64,000 nucleotides of DNA from assembly GCA_963666565.1 (NCBI GenBank), contig OY762911.1, positions 2,688,001 to 2,752,000 on the forward strand, written 5' to 3'. The notes below the pieces were generated by a model, which was not told where the DNA came from, did no database searches, and was given only the letters and a program-made list of their open reading frames with translations. The translations under genes were made by a program, and so were the position numbers. Position 1 is the first letter of the stretch. Each line of letters starts with the position of its first letter. Source of the DNA: Thermoanaerobaculia bacterium (GTDB lineage Bacteria; Acidobacteriota; Thermoanaerobaculia; Multivoradales; Multivoraceae). Positions 1-10,612 of the stretch are shown here, in pieces.

Positions 1-2315
1 TGTCTTCCCTGTGGCAGCTCTGGATCGACACCGGCGGCACGTTCACCGACTGCATCGCGATCGACCCCGGGGGCTCGGCCCGCTGCGTGAAGGTCCTGAG
101 CTCGGGCGCGGTCCGGGCCACCGTCGTCTCCATCGACGACAGGGGCCCGCGGCTGGAGACGCGCTTCGACCTGCCGGACGGCTTCTTCGCCGGCTACCGC
201 GCGGCGCCCCTGGGCGGCGGCGCCGCGGCGCGGGTGGAACGGTGGTCGCGGGACGGAACCTGCCGGCTGTCCGCCGAGGGCGGCGGCGCCGCTCCCGGCC
301 GGGATCCGCACGCCCGAGGACGGCCGCTCGGTCAGCGAGGCTCGCGGCGCGAGGACGCGCCGCCAGGGGTCGCTCCCGGCCAGGTGCTCGAACTCGTGTC
401 GCCGGAGAACGCGCCGATCCTGGCGGCCCGCATCGCTACGGGCACGGCGCTGCACGAGCCGCTGCCGCCGTGCGACCTGCGGCTCGCGACCACGCGCGGC
501 ACGAACGCCCTGTTGGAGCGGGCTGGCTCGCGGACCGCGCTCTTCGTCACGGAAGGGTTCGCCGACCTGCTGCTGATCGGCGACCAGGCGCGGCCCGACA
601 TCTTCGCGCTCGCGGTCGAGCGGCCAGCGCCCCTCTACGAGCGGGCGGTCGAGGTCGCGGGCAGGCTCGACGCGGAGGGCCGGGAGCTCGCGCCGCTCGA
701 CGAGGACGGCCTCGCGGCGGCCGCCCGCGCCCTTGTCGACGAGGGCTTCCGGGCCGCGGCCGTGGCGCTGATGCACAGCTACCGGAACCCGGACCACGAA
801 CGGCGCGCCGAGCGCATCCTTCGCGACGCCGGCTTCGAGACGGTCTCGTGCTCGGCGGAACTGGCGCCCCTGATCAAGATCGTGCCGCGCGCGCACACCG
901 CCGTGGTCGATGCCTACCTGGGCCGTGCGGTCGGCGGCTACCTGGAAACGACCGGCGCGGCGCTGGCGGGTGGCCGCGGGCCGGAGGCCGCCGGGAACGG
1001 CGGCGTCTCGCCCCGGGTGATGACCAGCGCCGGCGGCCTCGCCAGCTTCGCGAGCTACCGCCCCAAGGACAGCCTGCTGTCCGGTCCCGCCGGCGGCGTA
1101 GTGGGGGCGGCCGCGGCGGGGCGCGCGAGCGGCCACGACCGGGTGATCGGGTTCGACATGGGCGGCACCAGCACGGACGTCTCGCGCTACGACGGCGACT
1201 TCGAGTACAACTTCGAGTTTCGCGTCGGCGACGCGACGGTCGTGGCGCCGGCGCTGGCGATCGAGACGGTGGCCTCGGGCGGCGGCTCGATCTGCCGGGT
1301 CGATCACGGCCAGCTCAAGGTGGGGCCGGAGAGCGCGGGCGCGCGTCCCGGCCCCGCCTGCTACGGCGCCGGCGGCCCGCTGACGATCACCGACGTCAAC
1401 CTGCTGCTCGGGCGGATCGATTCGGCCGCCTTCGGCCTGCCGATCGACGTCGCCGCCGCCGAACGGCGTGCGGCGGAGGCCCTGGCGGATCTCGACGGCG
1501 CCGGCGAGGAACTGCTCGGCGGCTTCCTCGCGATCGCCAACGAACGGATGGCCGACGCGATCCGCCGGATCTCCATCTCGCGCGGCTACGACCCGGCGGA
1601 CTACGCCCTGGTCAGCTTCGGCGGCGCCGGCGGGCAGCACGCCTGCGCCATCGCCTCGGAGCTGGGCATGGCGACCGTCGTCGTGCCGGTCGACACGTCG
1701 CTGCTCAGCGCGGTCGGCCTGGGCCACGCCGTGCTGGAGCGCTTCGCTCACCGGCAGGTCCTCGAACCGCTCGACGGCGGGGTGGGCGCCGTGGTGCAGG
1801 AACTCGAGCGCGAGGCGCTGAGCCGGCTGCTGGAAGAGCGCGGCGCGAACCTGGAGGGCGCCGCGGTGCGGCGTCGGATCGTCCGGCTGCGGCTGCTCGG
1901 CCAGGAAACGGCGCTCGAAGTCGAGCCCGGTTCCGCGGAGCAGGCGCGGTCCGCGGAGGCCATCGCCGCGCTCTTCGCCGAGCGCTATCGGGCGGTCTAC
2001 GGCTACCCGCCGCCCGAGCATCCGATCGAGGTCGAGTCCGTCCGGGTGCTGGCTTCGACCGCTCCCGCCGCCGCGCGGCTCGACCGCGCGGGGGAGGTCC
2101 TTGCCGGCGACGCGCCCGTCCGCGCGCACCGGGCCTGGTTCGACGGCTGGCAGGCCGCCGCGCTCCTGCGCCGCGAGGAACTCGCTCCGGGCTTCGAGCG
2201 CTCCGGCCCCTGCCTGGTCCAGGAGCGGCACAGCATCACGGTGGTGGAGCCGGGCTGGAAGCTGCGCGTCGACGAGGCCGGAGCGCTCGTGCTCGACCGG
2301 CCGCCGGGTGCCTGA
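1..2315 (+). CDS. Hydantoinase/5-oxoprolinase A-type (ATP-binding) subunit; start codon cut by the window edge
   Basis: The frame of ORF 87..2315 extends to base 3 and reads [17 protein letters not shown]; the window opens on 'tg', probably the last two bases of the start codon. Motifs [61 protein letters not shown]. No hydantoinase B domain follows. Confidence 0.9.
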   Translation, partial: SSLWQLWIDTGGTFTDCIAIDPGGSARCVKVLSSGAVRATVVSIDDRGPRLETRFDLPDGFFAGYRAAPLGGGAAARVERWSRDGTCRLSAEGGGAAPGRDPHARGRPLGQRGSRREDAPPGVAPGQVLELVSPENAPILAARIATGTALHEPLPPCDLRLATTRGTNALLERAGSRTALFVTEGFADLLLIGDQARPDIFALAVERPAPLYERAVEVAGRLDAEGRELAPLDEDGLAAAARALVDEGFRAAAVALMHSYRNPDHERRAERILRDAGFETVSCSAELAPLIKIVPRAHTAVVDAYLGRAVGGYLETTGAALAGGRGPEAAGNGGVSPRVMTSAGGLASFASYRPKDSLLSGPAGGVVGAAAAGRASGHDRVIGFDMGGTSTDVSRYDGDFEYNFEFRVGDATVVAPALAIETVASGGGSICRVDHGQLKVGPESAGARPGPACYGAGGPLTITDVNLLLGRIDSAAFGLPIDVAAAERRAAEALADLDGAGEELLGGFLAIANERMADAIRRISISRGYDPADYALVSFGGAGGQHACAIASELGMATVVVPVDTSLLSAVGLGHAVLERFAHRQVLEPLDGGVGAVVQELEREALSRLLEERGANLEGAAVRRRIVRLRLLGQETALEVEPGSAEQARSAEAIAALFAERYRAVYGYPPPEHPIEVESVRVLASTAPAAARLDRAGEVLAGDAPVRAHRAWFDGWQAAALLRREELAPGFERSGPCLVQERHSITVVEPGWKLRVDEAGALVLDRPPGA

Positions 2316-2368
2316 CCCGCTGTCGCCGCGGGCGGCCGGACGAACGCGCCGGCCCGTCGGCTTCGCGT
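2306..2368 (+). repeat. Degenerate copy of the REP-like double-hairpin element (left hairpin arm deleted); supplies the TGA stop of the oxoprolinase gene
   Basis: gggtgc-ctgacccgctgtcgccgcgggcggccggacgaacgc aligns with copies at 51689 and 61931 (gggtgc-gcgggtctt-c[t/c]gacccgctgccgccgaaggcgg) but lacks gcgggtctt. Confidence 0.65.
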
Positions 2369-2396
2369 AGAGTTGTCGGTTCCCACCGCCTGATCC

Positions 2397-3905
2397 ATGC
2401 GTCGCCCATCCGCAAGAGTCGCCCGTGCCCCAGGTTCATCCTCCTGGATGTACCTGACTTGCCTTGCGGCCTGCGGACTGGCCGCGACGGCGCTGGGGTG
2501 CGCGCACACCAGCGTGCTGGAGCGCATTCCCGATATCGCCGAGCCGCCGGCCGCGTTCGACCGGGGACCCGATCCGGCGACCGGGGCGGCCGCGCCCGGT
2601 GCCTGCGGCGACCTGGGCGACCGGACGCTGCGGGACCTCCAGGACCGCCTGGCCAGCCAAAGCTTCGATCTACAGGCCGCCTGGCGACGCTTCGAGGCCG
2701 CCGGCGCCCGCGCCCGCGAGAGCGGCGCCTACCTGATGCCGCGCGTCGACACCTCGCTGACCGGCAACGACCTCACGTTTCCGGGCGGCGGCATCGTCAA
2801 CCAGTTCCTGCTCGCGGGCGCGGCCTGGGATTCGAGCCTGGCGGCCAGTTTCGAGATCGACCTCTGGGGCCGGCTGCGGAACCGGGAGCTCGCGGCGCTG
2901 CTCGACGCCGAGGCGAGCCGGCAGGACCTGCGCTCGCTGGCCATCAGCCTGTCCTCGGTACTGGCGGAAGTGTGGTTCGGCATCGTCGCGGAGCGCGAGC
3001 TGATCGCCCTGCTGGAGAGCCAGCAGCGGACTTCGGAGAGGTTCCTGGAGCTCACCCAGCTTCGGTTCGGACAGGGACTGGGCCCGGCCCAGGACATCGG
3101 CCGCCAGCGCGAACAACTGCTGGGCCTGCGGGGCCAGATCGAACTCGCGCGGGGCCGCCTCGACTCGCTCGAGTTCCAGCTCGCCACGCTCCTGGGCGGA
3201 GTGGAGCGCGAGACGCCGGGCGACTCGCCGGGCCTGGGTCCGCTGCTCGCGGGGAGCCAGCGGCCCGATCTCGGACTCCCCGCGCAACTGCTGGAGCGGC
3301 GGCCGGATCTTCAGGCGGCGCGCAACCGGGTCGAGGCGGCCGACCGGCGGGCGGCGGCGGCGGTCAAGGAATGGCTGCCGTCGCTGTCGCTCAACGCTCT
3401 CCTGACCGGGCGCGCGCTTGAGGTCGTCGACGTGCTGGACGACCTGGTCCGGCAGATCGGCGGCACTGGCGCCCAGGCGCTCTACCGCGGCGGCGGCCGT
3501 CGCGCCCGGATCGACCAGGCGTACGCGGCGGCGGAGGAGAGCCTCTACGCCTACGCGCAGTCGCTGGTCGCCGCGGTCGGCGAGGTACAGACCGCCTTCG
3601 CGGTCGGCCGCAGCAGCCGCGAGCTCGTCCTGAACATCGAGGAGCGCCTGGCAGAAGCTCGCCGCGTGCTGCTTCTCACCAGCGAGTCCTACCGCGAGGG
3701 CGCCACGGACTATCTGAACGTGCTCACCGCGCTCCTCTCCCAGCAGGGGCTGGAGCAGGCGCTGGTCGATGCCCGGCGGCAGCAGCTCGCGAGCCGGCTC
3801 CAGCTCTGCCGGGCGCTGGGCTTCGCGCCGGGCACGTCGGTGGAGCGGTTGGCGGCGGGACTCGCCGCGGCGCCCGAAACAACCGCCGCGGGCGGAGCGT
3901 CCTGA
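2397..3905 (+). CDS. TolC/NodT-family efflux outer-membrane lipoprotein
   Basis: Lipobox-like ALG-C; ASFEIDLWGRLR, GLPAQLLERRPDL, YREGATDYLNVL and LCRALG motifs; precedes MFP and RND. Alternative start ATG 2448. Confidence 0.9.
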   Translation: MRRPSARVARAPGSSSWMYLTCLAACGLAATALGCAHTSVLERIPDIAEPPAAFDRGPDPATGAAAPGACGDLGDRTLRDLQDRLASQSFDLQAAWRRFEAAGARARESGAYLMPRVDTSLTGNDLTFPGGGIVNQFLLAGAAWDSSLAASFEIDLWGRLRNRELAALLDAEASRQDLRSLAISLSSVLAEVWFGIVAERELIALLESQQRTSERFLELTQLRFGQGLGPAQDIGRQREQLLGLRGQIELARGRLDSLEFQLATLLGGVERETPGDSPGLGPLLAGSQRPDLGLPAQLLERRPDLQAARNRVEAADRRAAAAVKEWLPSLSLNALLTGRALEVVDVLDDLVRQIGGTGAQALYRGGGRRARIDQAYAAAEESLYAYAQSLVAAVGEVQTAFAVGRSSRELVLNIEERLAEARRVLLLTSESYREGATDYLNVLTALLSQQGLEQALVDARRQQLASRLQLCRALGFAPGTSVERLAAGLAAAPETTAAGGAS

Positions 3906-3918
3906 CAGGCGGAAGGAC

Positions 3919-5184
3919 ATGAAGGGTACCCTGATCCGCGTCGGCATCGTGGTGCTGGTCCTGGCGTTCGGCCTGGTGGTTGCCAGGGCGATCGTCCAGG
4001 CCAGGCCCGAGGCGGTGCAGAGGCCGCCGGACGACTCCGGCGTGCTGGTGGAAGTGGCCGAGGTGAGGCGGCTCCCGCGGCGGATCGACATCGAAGCCCA
4101 GGGGACCGTGCTGCCGGCCCAGCGGGTCGTCGTTCAGCCTCAGGTGAGCGGCCGGATCGCGCGCGTCATGCCGCGGCTCGCTCCCGGCACCTTGCTGCGC
4201 GAGGGCGATGTCGTCTTCGCGATCGAGGACGCCGACTTCAAGCTGGCGGTGGCGCGGGCCACCGCCGCGGTCGCCGAGGCGGCGGCCCAGCTCGAACTCG
4301 AGCAGGGCCGGGGCCGGGTCGCCGAGCGCGAGTGGGAGCTGTTCCAGGACGAGCTGGACGCCGAACAGATCGAGGCCTCCCTGGCACTCCGCGAGCCTCA
4401 GTTGCGCTCCCGGCTCTCGGCCGTCCACACCGCCCGCGCCGCCCTGGCGCGGGCCAGGCTGGATCTGGAACGCACGGTCGTGCGCAGCCCGTTCAACGCC
4501 GTGGTGCTCTCCGAGTCGATCGAGGTCGGGCAGACGGTGACGCCGCAGAGTCAAGCCGTTACGCTGGCGGGCACCGATGCGTTCTGGGTGCGAGCGGCGG
4601 TCCGAACCGACGAACTCGAACAGCTCCGGGTTCCGGGTCTCCACGGCGACGTCGAGGGTTCGCGGGCGCTGGTCCGGCTCGATCCCGAGACGGACCAGGT
4701 CCTGCCGGGCCGGATCGTCCGGCTGCTGGGAGATCTCGACACCGCGGGCCGGATGGCGCGGGTTCTCGTCGAGGTCGACGATCCCCTCGCTCTCGGGCGC
4801 GGCACCGGCGGCCCGGCCGGACGCGGACTCCTGCTCCTGGACAGCTACGTCGACCTCCTGCTCGAGGGCGGCACGGTCCGCGACCTGTTCGAGGTGCCTC
4901 GGGAGTGGCTCCAGGAGGGCGGACACCTCTGGATGTACAGCGGCGAGCAGCTCGAGCGTCGACCGGTCGACGTGGCGTGGCGTTTCGAGGACAGCGTGTG
5001 CATCGATACCGGTCTGTCTGACGGGGAACTCGTCGTGACCAGCCGGATCGCCACTCCGATCGAGGGGATGAAGCTCCGCCTGGCGGCGGATGCGCCACCG
5101 GCGGTCGCGGCGGAGTTCCTCTCCGCGGCCAGCCGCTGGGACGTGTCGGCCTGGGGCGCGGTGCCGGCGGGAGCGGCGCCATGA
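3919..5184 (+). CDS. RND efflux periplasmic adaptor (MFP) subunit
   Basis: ATG 3919 after ggaagga; N-terminal TM anchor, PQVSGRI, helical hairpin, LERTVVRSPFNA; ATGA overlap with the RND gene. Confidence 0.9.
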   Translation: MKGTLIRVGIVVLVLAFGLVVARAIVQARPEAVQRPPDDSGVLVEVAEVRRLPRRIDIEAQGTVLPAQRVVVQPQVSGRIARVMPRLAPGTLLREGDVVFAIEDADFKLAVARATAAVAEAAAQLELEQGRGRVAEREWELFQDELDAEQIEASLALREPQLRSRLSAVHTARAALARARLDLERTVVRSPFNAVVLSESIEVGQTVTPQSQAVTLAGTDAFWVRAAVRTDELEQLRVPGLHGDVEGSRALVRLDPETDQVLPGRIVRLLGDLDTAGRMARVLVEVDDPLALGRGTGGPAGRGLLLLDSYVDLLLEGGTVRDLFEVPREWLQEGGHLWMYSGEQLERRPVDVAWRFEDSVCIDTGLSDGELVVTSRIATPIEGMKLRLAADAPPAVAAEFLSAASRWDVSAWGAVPAGAAP

Positions 5185-8100
5185 GCCTGCTGGCGCACGA
5201 CCGCGGCCCCGTCGACAGGAAGGGACCGATCGGCTGGATGGCGGCGCATCCGGTGGCTGCGAACCTGTTGATGGGAGTCCTGGTCATCGGCGGCATCCTG
5301 TTCGCCTTCGGAACGAAGCGGGAGGTCTTCCCGGAAATCGACATGGACATGGTGACCGTCGTGGTTGCCTACCCGGGGGCGTCGCCCCAGGAGGTCGAGG
5401 AGGGAGTCGTCCTCGCGATCGAGGACGAGATCAGGTCTCTCGACGGCATCAAGAGGATCGGCTCGGTCTCGGTCGAGGGGCTGGGCACGGTGACGGCCGA
5501 GATCCTCACCAGCGCGAACCCGGACCGGACGTACAACGACGTCAAGAGCACCGTCGACCGGATCACGTCCTTCCCGCAGGACGCCGAACGCCCGGTCATC
5601 TCGCTCGTGACGAACCGCAGGCAGGTGCTGTCGCTGCTGGTCCACGGCGACGTGGACCTGAAGTCGCTCGACGGCCTGGCCGAGGAGATCAGGAACGAAC
5701 TGCTCTCGGACGAGCGGATCACCCTGGTGGAGAAGGCGGGCATACCGCCGCCCGAGATCAGCGTCGAGGTGCCGGCGGACAACCTGCGGCGCTACGGCCT
5801 GACGCTGCCGCAGATCTCGACGGCCGTGCGAGCGGCCTCGATCGATCTTCCCGGCGGCTCGGTCAAGACGGAGGGCGGCGAAGTGCTGGTCCGCACGACG
5901 GAGCGGCGCGACTACGGCGAGGAGTTCCGGGACATCACGCTGATCGCGCGGGCCGACGGCACGCGGGTCCGGTTGCGCGACGTGGCCACCGTGGTCGACG
6001 GCTTCCGGGAGACGGACGAGGAGATGTACTACAACGGGCAGCCGGCGATCGACCTGCAGGTCTTCCGGGTCGGCGACGAAGTGCCGCTCCAGGTGTCGTC
6101 CGCGGTCTACGACCTGGTCGAGCGCCGCCGGGGCACGTTGCCGGACTCGGTCGGAATCTCGATCGTGAACGACGAGTCGGAGGACTACCGCGCCCGGCTG
6201 TCGATTCTCGGAAAGAACGGCCTGATCGGACTGCTGCTGGTGGTCACGGTGCTGGGCATCTTCCTGCGGCCGGCGGTCGCCTTCTGGGTCAGCCTGGGCA
6301 TCTTCATCTCGTTCTGCGGCTCGTTCTTCCTCATCCCGGTCCTCGGCGTGTCGCTCAACATGATCTCGCTCTTCGCGTTCATCCTGGTGCTCGGCATCGC
6401 GGTGGACGACGCTGTGGTCGTCGGCGAGGCGATCTTCCATCACCGCCGGGGCGGCGACCGGCTCGAGGCCGCGATCGTCGGCACCCGCGAGGTGCTGACG
6501 CCGGTCACGTTCGCGGTGATCACGACGATCATCGCCTTCATCCCCCTGGCCATCGTCCCCGGCATCACCGGCAAGTTCTTCCGCAACATCCCGTTCATCG
6601 TCATTCCCGTCCTGTTGCTGTCGCTGATCGAGTCCGTGTTCATCCTGCCGGCGCACCTGCGGCACGTTGGACGGACGAAGCTGCGCGGCCGGGAGGGCCG
6701 GAGGCGGTCGCTCAATCCGATAGGGAAACTGGGCGCGCTTCAGCTTCGCTTCTCGGAGTGGGTCGAGCGGCTGATCGCCGGCCAGGTCCCGCCCATCGTC
6801 CGGAGACTGGTCCGGGACCGCTACCTGACGGTGGCCGCCATCTTCTCGGCGCTGGTCGTCGCGGTCAGCTTCGTCGCCGGAGGGCACATCAAGTTCAACT
6901 TCTTCCCGCGGATCGAGGGCGAGTTCGCGAACGGCGTGATCGAGCTGCCGTTCGGCGCGCCGGTCGCGGACACCCGGGAGGTTTCGCGCCTGATGACCCG
7001 GGCCGCGGAGGAGGTCGGCGCCGAACTCCTGGCGGAAGGGCGGATGCGCCCGGGTCGCGACGGCGCCATGCCGGACACCGTCTTCCGGGGGATCCAGGCG
7101 AAGATCGGAACCACGGGCACCGGTGCCTTCGGTCCCGGTCAGGGCTTTGCGGCGACCGGCGGGCACGTCGGCGTCGTGACGGTCCACCTCGTGCCGGACG
7201 CGGAGCGCGAGTTCGGCTCGGCGGAGTTCACGGCGCGCTGGCGCGACCGGGTCGGCGAGGTCTCGGGAGTGGACCGGCTGTCCTTCGACTTCAACGACGG
7301 TCCCTCGGCCGGGGCCAAGGTTTCGGTCCAGCTCGAGCACACCCGGACGCCGCCGCTCGAGGCGGCGGCCGCGCGCGTGGCCGCGTCGCTGGCGACCTAC
7401 AACGGCGTGTTCGACGTCGACGACGGATTCAAGGTCGGCAAGCCGCAGCTCGACCTGGTGCTCAAGCCGGCCGCGAAGGGTCTGGGACTCACCGAGCGGG
7501 CCCTGGCGGCCCAGGTCCGCGGCGCCTTCTTCGGCGCCGAGGCCAGCCGCCAGCAGCGGGGCCGCGACGAACTGCGGGTCTACGTCCGCCTGCCGCGGGA
7601 GGAGCGCGATTCGGTCCACGCGATCGAGAATCTCCTGATCCGCACGCCGGGCGGCGGCGAGATTCCGCTCCACCAGGCGGCCTACGTGCGGCCCGGGAGG
7701 TCGTTCACCCAGATCCTCCGGGTCGACGGACGCCGCACCGTGACCGTGACGGCCGACATCGACCCGACGGCCACCACGGGCAACGACATTCGGGCCGCCC
7801 TGGCCCGGACCATCCTGCCCGAAGTGGTGGCGGACACGCCCGGACTGACCTTCAACTTCAGCGGCGAGCAGGAGGCGCAGGCAGAAGCGGTTACTTCCCT
7901 GACGGGGAGTCTGTTCGTCGCCATGCTGGCCATGTACGCCCTGATGGCGGTCGCCTTCCGCAGCTATCTGCAGCCCCTCGTCGTCCTGTCGGCGGTGCCC
8001 TTCGGCATGTTCGGGGCGGTCGTCGGCCACCTGATCATGGGCTACGACCTGAGTTTCCTCAGCATTTTCGGGCTGGTCGCGCTGTCCGGCGTCGTGGTCA

Positions 8101-8456
8101 ACGACTCGCTCGTCCTGATCGACGCGGTGAACCAGTTGCGGAGCGAGGGCAGGAGCCTGCTCGACTCCGTGGTCGGCGGCGTGACCCGTCGCGTCAGGCC
8201 GGTCATTCTGACTTCGTTGACGACTTTCTTCGGTCTGATGCCGATCATCCTGGAGCGGTCGAACCAGGCCCAGTGGCTCGTGCCGATGGCGCTCAGCCTC
8301 GGCTTCGGCGTCCTGTTCGTGACCGGCATCGCCCTGGTGCTCGTGCCCTGCACCTACATGATGGTCGAGGATCTGAAGCAGGGTCTGCGGTGGCTCGTGG
8401 GGATGAGCCCGGAGCCGGGCGAAGCGCAGCCGGCGCCGCAGCCCGGAGGCAGGTAG
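5181..8456 (+). CDS. RND efflux permease (AcrB/AcrD/AcrF family)
   Basis: 1091 aa; YPGASPQEVE, TM4 GIAVDDAVVVGE, GVVVNDSLVL, RVRPVILTSLTT; two large periplasmic loops. Confidence 0.95.
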   Translation: MSLLAHDRGPVDRKGPIGWMAAHPVAANLLMGVLVIGGILFAFGTKREVFPEIDMDMVTVVVAYPGASPQEVEEGVVLAIEDEIRSLDGIKRIGSVSVEGLGTVTAEILTSANPDRTYNDVKSTVDRITSFPQDAERPVISLVTNRRQVLSLLVHGDVDLKSLDGLAEEIRNELLSDERITLVEKAGIPPPEISVEVPADNLRRYGLTLPQISTAVRAASIDLPGGSVKTEGGEVLVRTTERRDYGEEFRDITLIARADGTRVRLRDVATVVDGFRETDEEMYYNGQPAIDLQVFRVGDEVPLQVSSAVYDLVERRRGTLPDSVGISIVNDESEDYRARLSILGKNGLIGLLLVVTVLGIFLRPAVAFWVSLGIFISFCGSFFLIPVLGVSLNMISLFAFILVLGIAVDDAVVVGEAIFHHRRGGDRLEAAIVGTREVLTPVTFAVITTIIAFIPLAIVPGITGKFFRNIPFIVIPVLLLSLIESVFILPAHLRHVGRTKLRGREGRRRSLNPIGKLGALQLRFSEWVERLIAGQVPPIVRRLVRDRYLTVAAIFSALVVAVSFVAGGHIKFNFFPRIEGEFANGVIELPFGAPVADTREVSRLMTRAAEEVGAELLAEGRMRPGRDGAMPDTVFRGIQAKIGTTGTGAFGPGQGFAATGGHVGVVTVHLVPDAEREFGSAEFTARWRDRVGEVSGVDRLSFDFNDGPSAGAKVSVQLEHTRTPPLEAAAARVAASLATYNGVFDVDDGFKVGKPQLDLVLKPAAKGLGLTERALAAQVRGAFFGAEASRQQRGRDELRVYVRLPREERDSVHAIENLLIRTPGGGEIPLHQAAYVRPGRSFTQILRVDGRRTVTVTADIDPTATTGNDIRAALARTILPEVVADTPGLTFNFSGEQEAQAEAVTSLTGSLFVAMLAMYALMAVAFRSYLQPLVVLSAVPFGMFGAVVGHLIMGYDLSFLSIFGLVALSGVVVNDSLVLIDAVNQLRSEGRSLLDSVVGGVTRRVRPVILTSLTTFFGLMPIILERSNQAQWLVPMALSLGFGVLFVTGIALVLVPCTYMMVEDLKQGLRWLVGMSPEPGEAQPAPQPGGR

Positions 8457-8585
8457 AGCCGCCGAACCCGTGGCTGACTCCGTGTTCGGCCCCAGCCCAC
8501 ACCTCGCTGGCAGTTCGCGCCCGAGAGCTTGCTTCGCGGCGCGCTGCGGCGCAAGCCGCTGGAGGCCCGGAGGGTAGTTCGGGTC

Positions 8586-9335
8586 ATGGACGACCTGGTT
8601 CGGGCCTGCGAACGGCTGTGGCCCCGGGGGATCTCGATCTTCCTTTCGCACCGGGCCCGCTTCCGCAATCCGCTGTCGCCGGTTGACCGGGATGCCTTGG
8701 CCGATTCGGACGCGGCGGCGGATCCGGCCGTCGTGGCCATCGTCGCGGAGGAACTCCCGGAGCGGCTCGATCGGCTCGAGCGGGGCACGTACTTCCCGGT
8801 TCCGCTGGCCCGGGCGGTCGCCGGGGGACGCGCCTTCGACGACGTCTTGATGTCGTTCCACTACCCGCCGGTCGTGGTCGACGCCGACCGGCGCTGGTCG
8901 TGGAAGGGCGGTCCGGTCGCCGAGCGCATCCGGCGCTTCTTCGTCCAGCACATCGGCTTCGAGCCGGCCCTCGGCGTCTGGTTCGTCGAGTACCGGGTCA
9001 ACGACGGCTGGTGGGACAAGTGCTACCTGCAGTGCGAGACGACGCCGCTGGTCGCGGTTCAGTTGCGGGAGGAAGACGAGGCCGCCGGGGGAGGAGTCGT
9101 CGCCGATCTGAACAACGGCCGCGCCGACACCCTCGATCCCGATTCGCTGTGCCTGGACGAGCGGGAACGGCTGTTCGCGTCGTCCGCGAGCCACGGGCCG
9201 GTCGAGATCGCGGACGCGCCCCGCTTCGCGCTGCTGCGCACCGTGTCCGAGGACTGCCGGACGGTGGAGTTCGCCGGCGCCCGGCGGACCTTGCGCTGGC
9301 CGGAACCCGCCGGCGCCGGCCGAGGCGAGGAATGA
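8586..9335 (+). CDS. Hypothetical protein; C-terminal half resembles the DUF1285 family
   Basis: Coding-like codon usage; segment VDADRRWSWKGGPV..RFF..WFVEY..CYLQCETTPLVAV..LNNGRADTL recalls DUF1285 by eye. Start uncertain (ATG 8586 or TTG 8529). Confidence 0.6.
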   Translation: MDDLVRACERLWPRGISIFLSHRARFRNPLSPVDRDALADSDAAADPAVVAIVAEELPERLDRLERGTYFPVPLARAVAGGRAFDDVLMSFHYPPVVVDADRRWSWKGGPVAERIRRFFVQHIGFEPALGVWFVEYRVNDGWWDKCYLQCETTPLVAVQLREEDEAAGGGVVADLNNGRADTLDPDSLCLDERERLFASSASHGPVEIADAPRFALLRTVSEDCRTVEFAGARRTLRWPEPAGAGRGEE

Positions 9336-9439
9336 GTCGGATGCCCCGTCGGGCCACGCGTATTGGACAGCGCTTCAACTGAACGCCCACAGAGCGCTTC
9401 TGGTAGCTTCGGAGCTGGCGGACCTTGGGGAGGGAGGCG

Positions 9440-10612
9440 ATGGTGGAGTCGACCGGGGAAACCTCACGAGGCTGGATCGGCTGGTTGCAGGTCGCCGTGT
9501 TGGCGGCTGCGGTGATCGTGGGCGTCTACTTCGCCCGGTCGCCGAGTCTGCCGCCGCTGGACGAGCAGACGTTGCGCAGCCCGGCCGCGCCGGCGGTGCG
9601 GGTATCGGCGCCATCGCCGGGCGCCCATTCGTTGACCGTATCGCTGACCGGCGAAGTGAACGCGCGCCACCCGGTCGCGCTGCTGCCTCGGGCGGCGGGC
9701 GAGGTCGTGGCGGTGTCGCCGTCGCTGCGCCCGGGCGGGACGTTCAGGGCCGGCCAGACGCTGGTGACCATCGACTCCGTGGACGCGGAGATCTGGCTGC
9801 AACGGATGGAGGCGGTGCTCGCGGCGGAACGGGGGCGATTGCGCTGGCACCGGGACCGCGGTGCGCTGGATGCTCAGGAATACCGGGAACGGAACCCGGG
9901 CGCGGCCGTGCCGGCGGCGGTACAGCGGCTTGGCAAGATCGAGCGCTCCGAGGCGCAAGTACGAGCGGCCGAAGCCGACGTGAGAATGGCCGAGCGGCAA
10001 CTGGATGTAACTCGCCTGTCGGTGCCGTTCGCCGGCAGGGTGATCGACGCTGCCGTGTCCGTGGGTCAGATCGTTGGCGGCGGGGGCGCCATGGGCGGGG
10101 GCGCCATGGGCGGTGCGGCGGATAGCCTGGCCACGGTGTTCGACGGTCGTCTGGAAGTGCGGGCGCCGATCTCGGTAGCGGACCTCGCATACCTCGGCGA
10201 CCCGCGCGGTCTCGGGGCGACGGTTGTCACCGCCGAAGGCGCTTTTTCCGCGTCGGTGACGCAGGTTTCGGGGGTGCTGGAGCCGCAGACGCGGCTGTCG
10301 ACACTGGTGCTGGACTTCGCCGGGACCGACCGGCCCTTGCCGATGCCCGGCGCCTTTGCGGCAATTTCCGTGCGCGGGCCGGCGTACGACGACGCCTACC
10401 TGCTGCCGGACGAGGCGCACCGTGCTGGAGACAGCGTGTGGCTCGTGGACGACGGGCGTTTGCGGCGGCAGACGCCGCGAACGCTCGGGCGCACGGCCGA
10501 TGGCTGGATAGTGGAGGCGTTCGACGTGCGCGACGGCGTGGTTCTGGGCGCCGTGCCGGGAGAGCGCGACGGTCTGGCGGTGACGGCGATCGCCGGGGAC
10601 GACGAGCGATGA
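9440..10612 (+). CDS. Second RND periplasmic adaptor (MFP) subunit
   Basis: SD ggagg then ATG 9440; TM anchor, PRAAGEVV, LDVTRLSVPFAGRV; ATGA overlap with the next gene. Confidence 0.85.
   Translation: MVESTGETSRGWIGWLQVAVLAAAVIVGVYFARSPSLPPLDEQTLRSPAAPAVRVSAPSPGAHSLTVSLTGEVNARHPVALLPRAAGEVVAVSPSLRPGGTFRAGQTLVTIDSVDAEIWLQRMEAVLAAERGRLRWHRDRGALDAQEYRERNPGAAVPAAVQRLGKIERSEAQVRAAEADVRMAERQLDVTRLSVPFAGRVIDAAVSVGQIVGGGGAMGGGAMGGAADSLATVFDGRLEVRAPISVADLAYLGDPRGLGATVVTAEGAFSASVTQVSGVLEPQTRLSTLVLDFAGTDRPLPMPGAFAAISVRGPAYDDAYLLPDEAHRAGDSVWLVDDGRLRRQTPRTLGRTADGWIVEAFDVRDGVVLGAVPGERDGLAVTAIAGDDER

Noticed and set aside
11-3421. Very long alternative-frame and antisense ORFs (e.g. 11..3421, 4845..9194, 5090..8686, 10396..13779, 28221..30872, 51468..54539, 60949..63609)
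   Set aside because: Arg/Gly/Pro-rich shadows of real genes caused by high GC and stop-codon scarcity; no family motifs.
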